A stretch of 64,000 nt of DNA from Lama guanicoe (Eukaryota): assembly GCA_013239625.1 (NCBI GenBank), contig MU053559.1, positions 3,226,607 through 3,290,606 of the forward strand. Direction: 5' to 3'. The stretch's first letter is position 1. Every line of letters begins with the position of its first letter. The position numbers and the translations under genes are program-made. Below the pieces are notes generated by a model. That model saw only the letters and a program-made list of their open reading frames with translations. It searched no databases and had not been told where the DNA came from. Below are positions 11,201 through 23,848 of the stretch, piece after piece.

Positions 11201-11299
11201 TTTTTGTTCCTTTATTCTTCTTAGTCTTTTTGGAAAACATAGTTATGGTTTTTAAAACATAGTTTAAGTATACATGCTTTTGAAAACATAGTTATAACT

Positions 11300-12510
11300 G
11301 TAGTATATTACCATTTTCAGTCCTGTGTTTTTTTTTTTTTTTTTTTTCGCTTTTCTGTGTGTCCAATTTCTGTGTATCCTAAGCATTTTTCTTATTGCCG
11401 CGTAGTTTTTCAAAAATACCATACTACTGTCTTCGTCATATTCCACGGAATACATGGATGTGCCGTAATTCACCAAGCCCTTCCCTTGTTAGATCTTTTA
11501 ATTAACTCACGCTAGTTTTTTTCCGTAATAAAAAAAAAATGCTGCAAAGAACATCTTTGCACATATGTTTCTCCATATTTTGGTTTGTTTCTTTGGGCTA
11601 CATGCCCAGAAATGGAGTTCCTGAGAAGTATAGGAATTTTAGAATGGCTTCTCATAGCACCACATTACCTCAGAAGAACTGTAATAATTCAAACTCCCGT
11701 TGGTAATGAATAATCCTACCAGGCTTATTTCTTAGGAGAAACAAACAAAACTGGTGCCTTACTGTTATTTTAATTTTCAGTTATCTGATTATTTTTTAGA
11801 GCAGACATTTTCCTTTTTCTATCGACCTTCTCATGCATTTTAAGTTCTGTTTTCATTTCTTCTAAAGGATCTTTTCAAAATTAATTAAAACTTTTTTATA
11901 AAATAAGTTAAAACTTTTGTCATCTTTTCTAACATTTTTAATTTGCATGTTTCTTGTTTTAATTTATATTTCAGTGTATTGAAGTTGTAACTTGTTTTTG
12001 TAGTTAAATTTTAATATTTTTCTTCCATAATTGTCTCTTTTTCTCCTAAGCCTAGAATGGTCATCCTCCCTTTCAAAGCTCTGACACATATATAATTTTT
12101 GCGGCGGAAGGTAAAATGAATTGATTTGTTTTATTTAAGTGTAAGTTGGAGTTCACCTTTGTGGCTTTCCATCTTTTTTAATATCCTGTGGGGGGAGTTA
12201 TATAAAGTGGTGATTTTCTTACCTTGAAAGTTTGAAAGAATCCATTAGTAAATCATCTTGGTTGGAGCATTTGTTGGGGCAATTCTTTGGTAATTTTTTT
12301 TCACTTTTACTTGGTTATTTATTCATTGTGTTTTGATAATTTACAGTTCTTACAGAGAATTGCTTGTTTGTGGTTTTAGATTTTATTTTCATAAAAGCTT
12401 GAATAATTTATTATAATAAGAAAATTTATAACATAATTTGCTACATCTCTATGCTATGCACTATCTCATTTCTGGTTTTATTTACTTATATTCTTTCTTG
12501 ATTATCTTTG
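11300..12510 (-). mobile_element. Old L1 (L1ME-like) 3' relic
   Basis: 'tgctgcaaagaacatctttgcacatatg...tttctttgggctacatgcccagaaatggagttcctg' is typical antisense L1 3' sequence. Confidence 0.6.
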
Positions 12511-12514
12511 CTAG

Positions 12515-13105
12515 TGTAGGGGAGCAAAACTTGCCACCTCAAAATTTTTCTCTTTGGCATGCAGATTATTTTGAGCCGAAAGCAATCACAGCCCAAAAGA
12601 GTGAGGAATAACCTTTGACCTTCCCCCTAATTGCCTAAAAGAATTTAAATAGATTTAAAAAAAGATAAAAAGAAAAAAGAATTTAGATAGAGGACCTGTT
12701 CTAGGAAGGGAGCCATCACCATAGATAACTATAGCATAATATGAACTAGGTGTGGTAGACAGGGAGGAACTTAGCAAAGTGTTTTTTAAATTCCTTTCTG
12801 TGTCCCATTGTTTCTGCCTGGTCCAGCCAAACATTTGTTTACCAAACATTTGCTCTTTTTCATCTTCCTGTGTATTGCCTTCCTCCCCTTTGAAGTCCCA
12901 AACCCCTATCCCCTTCTCCTCTCAGACAGCATATAAGCTTCAATTGCCTGACTTTTCCTTAGGCCTCATATTCTTACGGAGCCTCTATATGTACATAATG
13001 AAATTTGTTTTTTCTCGTGTTAACCTGCCTGATGTCAGTTTTAATTCTTTAGGCCAGCCAGAAGAATCTAGAAAGGTAGAGGAAAAACGTTTTTCCTCCC
13101 CGACA
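12515..13105 (+). mobile_element. Solo LTR, ERV1 class
   Basis: TG...CA termini (tgtagggg...ccccgaca), perfect 4-bp TSD CTAG (12511-14 and 13106-09), TATA-like 'atataag' at ~12931. Confidence 0.9.
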
Positions 13106-13254
13106 CTAGAATCTTATCTATTTTATTTATTAAAAAAAAAAAACTATTGGATTTATTTATTGCAGTTTTTTCTCCTTTCAAATTTATCTACTTGTGCTTT
13201 TATTCTTTTTTGCTTTTGACTTGTTTTCCTTATGACAAATTTTTGCACTTTCAA

Positions 13255-13450
13255 AAATTTTTGTTCAACCCCTTGCTCACTGTGACTGCATTGCAGAATT
13301 ACTCGTGAAGCTTTAAAAAAAACCATACTAATGCCTCTCTTAACTGCCTCCAAGATTCTGATTTAATGTATTTAGGCTTGGGTATGGTCTTTTTTGTTTT
13401 TGTTGTTTTGGGGAAGTTCCTAATGAGAAGCCAAGTCTGAGAGTCACTGA
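13255..13450. mobile_element. MER5-like hAT relic
   Basis: 'cagaattactcgtgaagctttaaaaa...agattctgatttaat...tgagagtcactg'. Confidence 0.55.
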
Positions 13451-13728
13451 GTTAGTACATTTACCTGAGTTAGCTCTCTTTAAATTATCTTGTGTAATAA
13501 TTGAGATCTAGTGATCTACCCAAGATTACAGATTTGCCCCTATCTTTAAATTTTATTAGATTCTACATTTATCTTTTGTATTTTAAAATTTATTTTCATC
13601 ACAATGATTATTAGGGGGGACAATATTTGTTTATAGTTACATGATACATTTTTAGTTGTATTACTTTGTGATCAGTGACTGATTTCTGTATTTTAAATTT
13701 ATTAGAATTTTTTAATAAATTAGTCTAG

Positions 13729-14250
13729 GCAGGGAAGGAAAAGTAATTTTCCCTTTTCCCATCTCAGTTCTTAGCTGAGATGTCCCCTGTGATGAAAGAC
13801 AGCTTAGCAGGAGAAAAGCAAACAGAAGTTTACTAGCATGTATACCTCCTGTATACATGGGAGATACCCAGGAAGACTGAGTAACTCTTCAAAATAGCCC
13901 AAGCCACCACCTTAAACACTAGCTCCAGCTAAAGGCAAAAGATGCTGGGGGTGGGGAGAGCCAGTTATGGGAAGTTATCAGGCAAAGCATGGGAAAGGAG
14001 GGTATAGTTGTTATGCAGATTTAATTCCATGCTTTCTCCATTGATAAGTTTCTAGAGATTTAGTCATCCTCCTCTTCCTGGTGTAGAGAGACACAAGTGG
14101 AGATTTTCCTTGTAAGAATAAATGTCTCTTAGAAAAGGGTAACTTCTACTCAGATTTCAGAGCTTCTTTCTCTGCTATTTCTTAAAAATAATTAGCTCAA
14201 GATAATTCTTATGCCAGAGAGGCATATTTTGGGGTGTCATATTCTGCTTT
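13729..14250 (-). mobile_element. Solo LTR related to 12515-13105, antisense
   Basis: Reverse complement of the right end (agcagaatatgacaccccaaaatatgcctctctggcataagaattatcttgagc) matches the 5' end of the 12515 LTR. Confidence 0.75.
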
Positions 14251-16136
14251 ATATTATTTATATATTTTTTATTATTTATATTTTATATTAAATATTATTT
14301 GTTGTATTATTTATTTTATATTGATGTTCATTATTTTATTATATAATATCTAGTATAAAATAATTTTATTATTACTTATATAGTATAAGTAACTTATTTA
14401 CATTCTGTTTAAATGATAAATTTCTTTAACTATACCATTGTCATGTATAAAGGAACCATCCTCTTTATGCAATACAAAATTCATTATGGTTTATGTCCTT
14501 AATTCTAAGATTCTATAATTATAAGAGAAACCATTAATTTAATAACAGCTTTTTCAGGAAGAATAAACAACACTGCATTAAATGTACACAAATTGTTATT
14601 GTCTACTAGCCTATAAGAGCATGTATTTATCCTTACTATTATGTACCTTCTTCTTTAGTACCTCACAATTTAAGTCTGAGCCTTTTTCATCAAATAGAAC
14701 CTAAACGTTTTAAACGTAGACTTACGATACTGATCTCTTTATAAAATGTTGAGCTTTATTGAACATCACTGGTGCTTCTTTCTTTCCTAACAGCTGCTTT
14801 AGAAATTCAGCCATGAGGTTTTGGCACTTAGATGTTTGGTTCCTGAGTAATAGTCTTTATGACTCATGCGTTGGTCATACCAACTTCACTATCTTTTAAA
14901 ATTCTGTGATTTATTCTGAGAGATTAGGCTTTTGTTTTTGCCTTATGATTGCATCGCCTAGCCTGTGATGGACAGTCTTCTATACACAATTATTTCCGTG
15001 TCAGTGCTGCATCAGACAGTAATCATTTTGAAAACATTCTAAGTGAAAGTTGGGAATCCAAAATGATTTGTTAAAATCTAGCTATTTGGGATATGCACTG
15101 CAAAGCAAAGCACTCAATTGACATGAAAATAGAATTAACTCCTTCCCCACAAGGCTAAATTTGCACCTTCCATCAAGTCACAACTTCTTCCTTCAGATGC
15201 ATTCCTGACTGTTTCGAGCTTCTTTTGGCTTTAATTATAAAAAGATTCTGATTTCAGAAATATTCACATTAAAAAATTTCCTTTCTAATGAGGGAATATC
15301 ATATATCTATTATTTAATGCTAATTGATTTCACATTTCCGGTCCTCTTGGCTAGCATCAAAAATCCAAATGCCTCGGGGCTCAGGCAGGTTACCTCATAT
15401 AATACAGTAGGGCTTGTAGAGGCCTGTGGGGAATAGAAGATCACACAACCTGCCAAATGACATTTACATCCCGCTTGCAAGAAAATTACAGCTTGTTACA
15501 TCCTCTAGGACCTTATTTATCTAGTCTCTGCTTGACATCATAAATTATGATGAAACCTTGTATCATAGTTATGTTTCTATAAATTTTCATTTTTAGCAAT
15601 TTTGTTTTTAGATCTTTCTCTCTGGATTCTCTGGTACATCAAGTTCCATTGCAATTACTTCTTTCATCTTTGTGAGATCACTTTTAGTCTATTTGGTATC
15701 TCTTCCTTTGCATTCTACTTTGCCCCGTTTCACAGTTTCCCCTCCCTCTTCCTTTTCTGTCTTTCTGTCTCTACCACTCTGACTTGCTCTCTGCCTTTCA
15801 TGCTGAAGTTCGTCAGCCCTGTATTCTCGGGGGACCAGAACGTGAACTATCAGTCTGTCCCTCTTCTAGAAATATTGAAGCCTAGACTAAAATAATGTCT
15901 TTCTTTCTCCTTGTTCCCATTTAGCATCTTTATTTTCTTTGAATGCATCATTTCTTTTTGATAAATATTTAATGATTACATACATGACAGTGTTGTCCAC
16001 TGATCCGTGGCAGTTTGGTCATGCATCAATTTATATCAGTGGCATTCAGTGCATAGAGGTAGGTGAGAGATATGAATATTCTCGCCACACTTTCCTACCC
16101 AATTAAAAAGAAAAAAAGTTTCAGATAGACTACTAT

Positions 16137-16605
16137 TGTAGGAACAGAAAACTATTCCCTTCTTCCCTTCTAGAGTCTTTGGCTGGTCTAACAATTAAAT
16201 TGACATAAGACAGATTAACAGGAGAAAAGCAAATTTTATGCATATGGGAACCCCATACACATATGAGACTCTTTGGCAGTCAGGAATGGAGGCTTATATA
16301 CCAATCTGAGCTAAGGAGAAGTGGGTAGGGGTCCAGGGCTTCAAAGGGTAGGAAGATGAGAAGAGCAAGTGTTTGGTAAACACATGTTTGCCCTGTGATG
16401 CTGGTAAGTCTTTCTGATATAAAACGTTTTCTCCGGTAATATATCTCTCTTCCTGGTGCAGGTTTCCTATGTAAATTCTTTTAGGCAGTTAAGTGGGAGG
16501 TAAGAAAGTTCTTCCTGCCTCTGCTGGGCTCTGATTGTCTTTAGCTCAGAATAATCCACATGTCAAAGTGGCACATTCTAGGGTGGCACATTTTGCTCCA
16601 ACTCA
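16137..16605 (-). mobile_element. Solo LTR related to 12515-13105, antisense
   Basis: TG...CA ends, flanks ctat/ctac; reverse complement begins tgagttggagcaaaatgtgccaccc...gattattctgagc; minus-strand TATATAAG at ~16300. Confidence 0.8.
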
Positions 16606-16679
16606 CTACTGTTACTGAAAGCTTGATGAAGCCCAGCTCTCTTGTCCTCTGAGATGTTCCAACATCATCTTTCCCCCCC

Positions 16680-16930
16680 TACTTTTAAAAATTGAGGTAT
16701 AATTCAGATAACATAAAATTTACCATTTTAGTGTTCAGTACAATTCAGTGATCAATATCTTTTTTAAAAACGAGGTAAAATTTACATAACATAAAATTAA
16801 TGATTAGCCATTTTAAAGCATGCAATTCAAAGGCATCTGGTGTATTCACAGTGTTGTACAACCATCACCTCTGTCTAGTTCCAGGACATTTTCATCACGT
16901 CAGAGGGAAACCCTGTACCCATCCAGTGGC
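16680..16930 (-). mobile_element. L1 3'-end fragments (two tandem heads)
   Basis: 'ttgaggtataattcagataacataaaatttaccatttta' and a second similar copy, continuing 'ttcacagtgttgtacaaccatcacc'. Confidence 0.75.
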
Positions 16931-18462
16931 ATCTTACCTGGAATGTTCACTCAACACAAATATGACAACATTCTCGTAGTGGATTTAGCTAACTTTCTAC
17001 CTGGAATCAGGCCAGATACATTCCCCAAGAGAGCAGCTGAAGATAGGACCATTTTGGAATGAAGCCCCAAGGTGCCATTTTGAAGGGTATAGATCTCTGG
17101 GCTCACTAGATTCCTAGAAGCTGTTCTGGTAAAGTCAGGGCCTGGTCAATATTTGTAATTGATCCATTCATTTTGAATACAATTATTTCACTAACTAAAG
17201 CTCATTTCTCATATTCTTTATGGTGATGAATAAATCCTCTTCTGTTGATCAGAGATAAATGACTGAGGCATTTTTGTCAGCCACTTCTGAAGTGTGGGCT
17301 TCCGATAGAAATTTGCTAAACAATCCTGGAGCGTGTGTTTCTAATTAGGGTAACTGGCCACCCCTAGAGGGTAGATTGCACCTAACAGACTTACTCACAT
17401 TAATCATGTTGTCTGTGTTGCTTTAACATGGTGTTACAACATATGCACAATTAACTTTTGCAACTTGAATTATAAAAATTGAACCAAAAGGAGAGCCAAG
17501 GAAATGTTAAAATGGAGCTCTTATGAAGCCTGTGCCCCAGGTCCAGCTTGAAATGGTAGCCTAAATCTACTGTTCCCTCCATTGTCCTTAATTACCATGT
17601 CTTTCTAAGTGTGTGTGAGCAGGTCGCTGTGTTGAAAGTGATTCTAAAGGTTAAAGATATGTATTATTCATACAACATGGCACCCGAACCTATGGAAGCT
17701 AATTCAGCTGATCTTCAGCTGAAGTTGCAGTCTTCTGGTTCAACATGGGAGAAAAATGCACTGTGTTATACATACCGAGAGGCACGGTTTTCCAAAGTAG
17801 TTAAGGAATTTTCAAGGATATCTTTGACTCTGATTTTTTTACTGTAACTACTTTAGAATCCACCTCTCCTAATGTCTACCCCTCTCCCACACCAACACAC
17901 CCAATAAGATAAGACTGGGTCTAGCACTGAGCTAGGCTTTTTGAGGTTACTGAAGAAGTATAGGGTGGGGTCTCCAGTGCATTGGAAGAATTTCAGCCCT
18001 GCGTGTTTCAATTGCCTCAAGGCAAGCAGTCAGCAGGACCAGAAGTCAGAATAATTTTGTCGGAGAACCAGGGTAGCTTTGTGTTATTTTTAATGAGAAA
18101 AAAATGACAGACTCATATTTGTCTTCTGGAAAAGAATATTATTTTCTCTCTTAACACATACAGAATCCCACTGTGAAATTCCAAGGACAGGCGCTAGTTC
18201 AATTTATGGTAGAGCTGAATGATGGATTTATTGCTTGAATATAATTTCCTCATTCTGACCAGAGTGATGAAAATATAAAATGATCTTTATATATTGTAAC
18301 CTAGATTGTATATCCATTCTCACAGCTGATGTGTAGAATGTCTTCTTGCAAAAATTTCCTCAATTTTTTCTTTACATTAACAAAACATATACAGGCAGTA
18401 GCTTTATTGATTTTAAGTTTGCTGAATTTTTTTTCACTTCTTACTTTCTGTGATTCCAACAG

Positions 18463-18613
18463 GTATTATCTTTTGATGCCTATTTGGAAGATGAAGTGCC
18501 TGATAAAAGGCAAGAAAACTATAGAATTAGACGCTATAAAATCTACTTCTACCTTGAAGATGACACAATTCAAGTAAATGAACCAGCATTGAAAAACAGC
18601 GGATTGCCTCGAG
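18463..18613 (+). CDS. EFHC2: EFHC2 coding exon (~exon 3; DM10-1), 151 bp
   Basis: ccaacag|GTA...CGAG|gtatct; translates VLSFDAYLEDEVPDKRQENYRIRRYKIYFYLEDDTIQVNEPALKNSGLPR(G); phase 0->1. Confidence 0.96.
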
Positions 18614-20349
18614 GTATCTAAAGCAGAGTTATAGTTCTTTTACTTCTAACTCCTGCCTGTATATACTGTCTTTCTCTGGCTTTTTAAAAGACCCCATACT
18701 CCTTTTGGCAATGGTGAGTATAAATGTATTGTTAGCTCGTAGTTATTGAAGGTGACTTATCAGCTTTCTACCCCACCACCCCCCACCGCAACAGTGGCCA
18801 CTCACTCTTCTGTGGCAGCCTTGTCTCCTTTCCCATGCTGCCAACTCTCCTGTGTCTTTGATTTTTTCCTCCAAACTCTTTGGTCTTTCCACCATGACCA
18901 TATTACTTCCTTCACAGTACCCTCAGCGGAAGACAGAAGACTGTTCTCCACCGCCACTTCCAGATTGGGATTCTCTCTCCTTTCTTGAGTTCACTGCCAT
19001 TTGCTTCAATTATCTCTCATCCTCATCCCTATTAAGTATACACTGTGATGGTGCTTCCAGAGAGGGCCATTGTTCCTTCGCCCCACATGTGCCAGTCAGC
19101 TTTATCCACATTCCCCTTCCACCAGATAAGCGTTAACTCTGTCATGTGGCCTCCAGAGATGCTAACCCTCGCTTGCATTGGTAGAAGTGTGGCAGAGACA
19201 AAGGGAGGTGACTGATATCTTCTGTGTGTGCTGGGAGTCCTTTACATGGGATTCCCATGTAATGGAGTTCTGGAGTTTATGGAGTTTGTAATGGAGTTTA
19301 TGCTGAGTTCTGGCTGCCTCGTGGGGCAGCAGCCATGATGGTGAAAGGACTGGAAGTTTGTCATGTGTAGGGCAGAGTAGTGAAAAGGGATATTTGTCTG
19401 GAGGGGAGACTCAGGTGTGCCTGATAAATGTCTTACAACATCTAAAGGGCTGTCATGTGGAGGAGGGATGACCTAATTTTCAGTATCCTCAAGGACAGGA
19501 CCTAGGGAGTCGAAATTCAGGTCGATAAGAGGAGTAATTTGCTGGCACAGAGGTGCAGGCAGAGAGGTTCACACACTTAAGAGAAGGTACAAGTGGATGG
19601 AAGGGCCACCCTGCCCAGATCCTGGGGTATGCAGGGGTCCTCTTGCTCTCTTTCTGTTGCATTGACCTTTCCTGATAATAGCGTGGTTTGAAGACCAGAG
19701 CTGAAGTTCAAGAAAGACCACAGGCAAAAGGGGCCTGAGGCTCATGGCACACACTTACTCTATTGGAAAGATGTAGTGACCAGTGGACCTGGCCAGAGCT
19801 GTAGCTTGCCAGTAAGCCTGCTGAATAGTCATGGCCTTTATTTGCGTTTCTTAAGCAAAGGACATATGGGGCCAGAATGGGGGTCACCAATGAAGGAGTG
19901 GCCGGATTAAGGCCTCATGAATATTGAGTACTCATGAATATTTACTGCCTCATATATATTTAGTGTTTCATGAATATCTAGAGCCCAGGTGCCTCATGTA
20001 GATTTAATACATTTTTAAAATTAGTTATCTCTTGGTCCTTCCATCCCTGTCTTTCTATGATTAACATATATATGCTCCAAGTACTATCAAATTATTATTT
20101 AAGACATCTTACAATTTTCTGCCTACGGTGAATAAACTTTGCTTACTACTTATCTGGGCCCAGTGCCTCCACATTAATATACCACCATGGGTTCCAGGGG
20201 GAGAAACAGCAATTTTAGGACCTTAGGTCTCTGAGTATAATGTTATGATGAATCACTATGCAAAGGACTTCCTTCAGTGCTTGTGAGATTGGGGTTTTTC
20301 TTAGAGCGTGGCTTCATGATGTCTGGATGATTAATTTGGAGCCAGTCGG

Positions 20350-21150
20350 CATCGTCGTGAAATGTTTGTTGAATGCTTGCTCCATGCCAGGCACTGTGCT
20401 GGGTTTTGGGAAAACGAACAATAGAAGTAAGGCCCCTTATACCCAATCCCAGGTATACCTCTTATACCCATATACATATAGGCATGCAGGTTGGAGAGGA
20501 AAGGAAGCCAGGCAACTAGTCCTAGAGTTTTGCGATTATTCAGGTGAGAAATGCTGAGGATCCAAACCAGGACAATAACAGTAGGAACAGAAAATAGGGG
20601 AAAGATTTTAGAGACGTTTGGTTGGCAGCTGATGGGCCTTGGCCAGCGATTAAATATAGAGAGTGAAGAAGGGGAGTATCAAATGATAAAGTACCTACTT
20701 TATCATTATCTCATTTAATCACCCCGAAGACCATCTAAAGTAGGTCATCATCAGCTTTTACAGAAGAGAAACAGACTTAGAGAAATCATTCGTTGCATCT
20801 GAACCTTAACTGATTGCTTCAGAGCTCAGCTGTGTTTGAGAGGCTGGTGATGTTACTGAAGTCCAGGAGCATGGAGAAAGGAGCAGCACTGGGGATGGAG
20901 CTGCGGTGTGGATGTTTGGGTCATGAGGCTTTTGAAGTTGTGTTGGGACATCGGTATGATGGTGCCCCCTAGGCAGGTGGAACCTTGCGATGTGTTTTAA
21001 AGGCTAGAGATGTGGCTTGGGAATCAGGAGTGCCCAGATCATGACCAGAATCAGTCCATTCTACCATGTTGGAAGAGAGCCGCTATTGAGGTGCTGGAAA
21101 GAGGAAGAAGATTCGATTTAGTGTTACCTTACTAGTGGAGGGAGAAGGTG
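20350..21150 (-). mobile_element. L2 relic with an embedded MIR (~20690-20830)
   Basis: 'aaatgtttgttgaatgcttgctccatgccaggcactgtgct' (L2); 'tctcatttaatc...ttttacagaagagaaacagacttagaga' (MIR). Confidence 0.55.
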
Positions 21151-23099
21151 AAAATTGGTGTGGGGAGGCAGTATGAGCTGTTCTCAGTATTCTGTGCACT
21201 GATTGACAGACCTTCTACTCCCTGGTCCTTTTATTTGGAGAACTTGTGGCTTAATGATAAAACTTTTAGGGAATTTGGAAATGCCTTGATATTTAAGAAA
21301 AGGTTTTCACAAACTGTTAAGATTGAAAGTGTGACATTTTATTTTGTAAGGGGACAAGAGGTCTTTTTACTTTTTAGGGTCATTTTAAACATATGTAATG
21401 CAGTTTTTAAATATTGACAAGAATAGATTAGAAAATGTTTAAATAATTATTTCAAAACATGAAGAAAATTTATAGCTTTTAATTTCTATGAACATCTCTT
21501 TTACCTAAGTGCATTAGTTTAGGTAAGTGACATTATTGCTTTAGCAAAAATTTTTCCTATCAATTTTCACTTAAATTCTTTACTCTGATATTCCCTAACT
21601 AATCTTTGCTTATTTATTTTTTGATTACCTTCCCCAAATGACATCACATTTATACAAGTGATGGACTGGAGGTCATAGGACATCCCGAACTTGCATTAGT
21701 GACTTGCACTATGTTTTTATTGTTATTACTTTTTAAGCAAAAGTTCATATCCCTTTAGCTCACTGACCCCTGTCCAGTGAATCTTAGTTTTATTAAACTC
21801 CAAGAAGAAAAATGAAATGCAGCCTCTATGAGAAACTTGGAAAGGGTTTTATTAAGACTTTCAGATTCTCTCAGCCTCTTGATTTCAAATCTCACATAGG
21901 CAGATTCCCAAGGCAAATCAAAGATAGAATGATTTATTTGAAAATGATTTTTATGTAAGTAGGAGGCAATGTTATTCATAAAGACTCAGGGGAGAGAAAA
22001 AAAAAACTCAGAAAAAGACAATGTTAAAGTCTCTTTTGAAACTTTCAGGATTTCTGATTGGCTCACTGTGACAGGACATTTCCCTGAGCGAGGATGCAGC
22101 TCACGGGATGGGTACAGAATACATCATAATCACGATATGTAACAAGGCGGATTTGTCAGCAGAGTGGGGATGCCGGGTGGGCTATAGCAAATCCTGTGGA
22201 AAGCAAACACAAGTAAGCACTCTGTCATCAAGCTTTGTTTAGAAAGAAACCAGTCTCTCTTGAAATATTTAATACGACAATTACTTGTTCAGGAAGGTCT
22301 GTTACAACAGAGGATACTTTGGAAATTCATTTAAATGCCTTCTCCAAGCTTTCCTAAATTAAACGATTGGGAAAAAGGAAATGAGCTTACTGAGTCAGGG
22401 GCTCAGACCTCTGTGGGGTGAGGTAGGTATTGTTTCTTTCAGTCGTGTCTTGAGTGGCCTGGGAGGGCTTTCCATGTGCCTCTGGACCCTCGGAAGGGGG
22501 TTAGGGGTCACATCTAAGTGCCACGCACTGATGGTGCTCCTGTTAACTTCCATAGGGTTTCAGTACTTTCCAAATGAACTGTGAGGTCAGAGGCACCTGT
22601 TTTTGTTTTTGTTTTTGTTTTGTTTGTTTGTTTTTTGTGGAGCTGGCCATTCAGAAATTAGTGCACCTGGATGAATTATAGCCTTCCTTTTAGTTGCCTC
22701 TCCTATCATGCAATTTTTTTTAGGGAGGGCAGCATCCCTTAGCATGGTGCCAAACTAGGCATTTGGTTTTGTGCAGCTTCTAATCAGAACAGCAGATTAA
22801 TGCATCCTTGTTGTGTTACAAGTGAAGTCACTATTGTTCTTCAAGACTTGCTTTCGTTTCTTGCCAGGACAGCATTCTCTTTTTGATTGGATATATTATA
22901 TTTATAGAGTTTGTTGCTGTTCTGCTGGAATATAGTTAAAACAGTGTTTCACTGAGCCAGGAATGTCAGAGGTTAATCCCAGTAGTTTTACCTCCAGTTG
23001 TCTGACAAAACGATTGTTCGTCAAGTACCGCCAAGTCCAGGCTAATCTATGCTAAAGAAAGGATTACCATTCGAAATGTGCCATGATTTTCTGGTAAGG

Positions 23100-23240
23100 T
23101 CTGTGCCAGTTGTTCTCAGTGGAGAGTGAGCATCGGAACCTCCTGGCCCACCAGCCAAATTTCTGATTCTGTAGGCCTGGGCTCAAGAAATGGCTTCTAC
23201 TTGATTCTTAGTGCATCCTTGGTTAAGAATACTGATCTCT
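23100..23240. mobile_element. MER5-like hAT relic
   Basis: 'cagttgttctca...ttctgattctgtaggcctggg...ttaagaatactg'. Confidence 0.55.
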
Positions 23241-23511
23241 GCTAGTGACTGGTTTTGGCCCCTCAACAAGGTAGTATTTCTTATATATATAGTAGTAGTA
23301 TATATATAAAGTAGTATTTCTTTTATATTATTTATATATATATGTAAGTTTTTATGTGTATATCAACTGTGAGGTATTTATATATATAAATACTTCAAGA
23401 TAATCTACCTGAATTAGGGAAATGTCATCACAAAATAGAAGTAACACACTCATATTGGGCATATACTGTATCTAAGTATGCGTCCCATAAAGTGCATTGG
23501 TAGGACAGTAG

Positions 23512-23676
23512 TAGGGTTGCCAGATGACACACAAGATACCTGGTTAAATTTGAGGTTTTTAGTATACCTATGCCCCAAATATTGCATGAGGCATACTAAA
23601 AATTATTCATTGTTTATCTGGAATCCAGATTTAACCAGGCATCTAAAATTTCAATTTGCTAATTCTGGCAAGCCCA
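23512..23676. mobile_element. MER53-like hAT MITE
   Basis: Terminal inverted repeats tagggttgccaga ... tctggcaagccca. Confidence 0.75.
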
Positions 23677-23804
23677 GAGGGTTTGGGACCTTGGGGAGGG
23701 AATTGTCCCTGAACAGAGCTGAGTAGAATTTAAGAGTGGAGGTAAATTACTGGTCTGTGAAGATGGGTGCTTGGTGCATGGTGCCTGCTCAATAAATTTG
23801 TTGA

Positions 23805-23848
23805 AGAAAGGAAGGAAGGGAAGAAGGGAAGGAAGAAGGGAAGGAAAA
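23805..23848. repeat. (GGAA)n-type purine repeat at an L2 tail
   Basis: Follows 'gctcaataaatttgttgaa'. Confidence 0.8.

Noticed and set aside
11186..11224. Perfect Kozak GCCACCATGG on the + strand next to the CpG island
   Set aside because: ORF stops after 10 codons with no donor; it is not the EFHC2 start (MALPLLPG).
1..18462. EFHC2 exons 1-2
   Set aside because: No MALPLLPG or VGKEKFHKSQHW coding sequence found; presumed upstream of the window.
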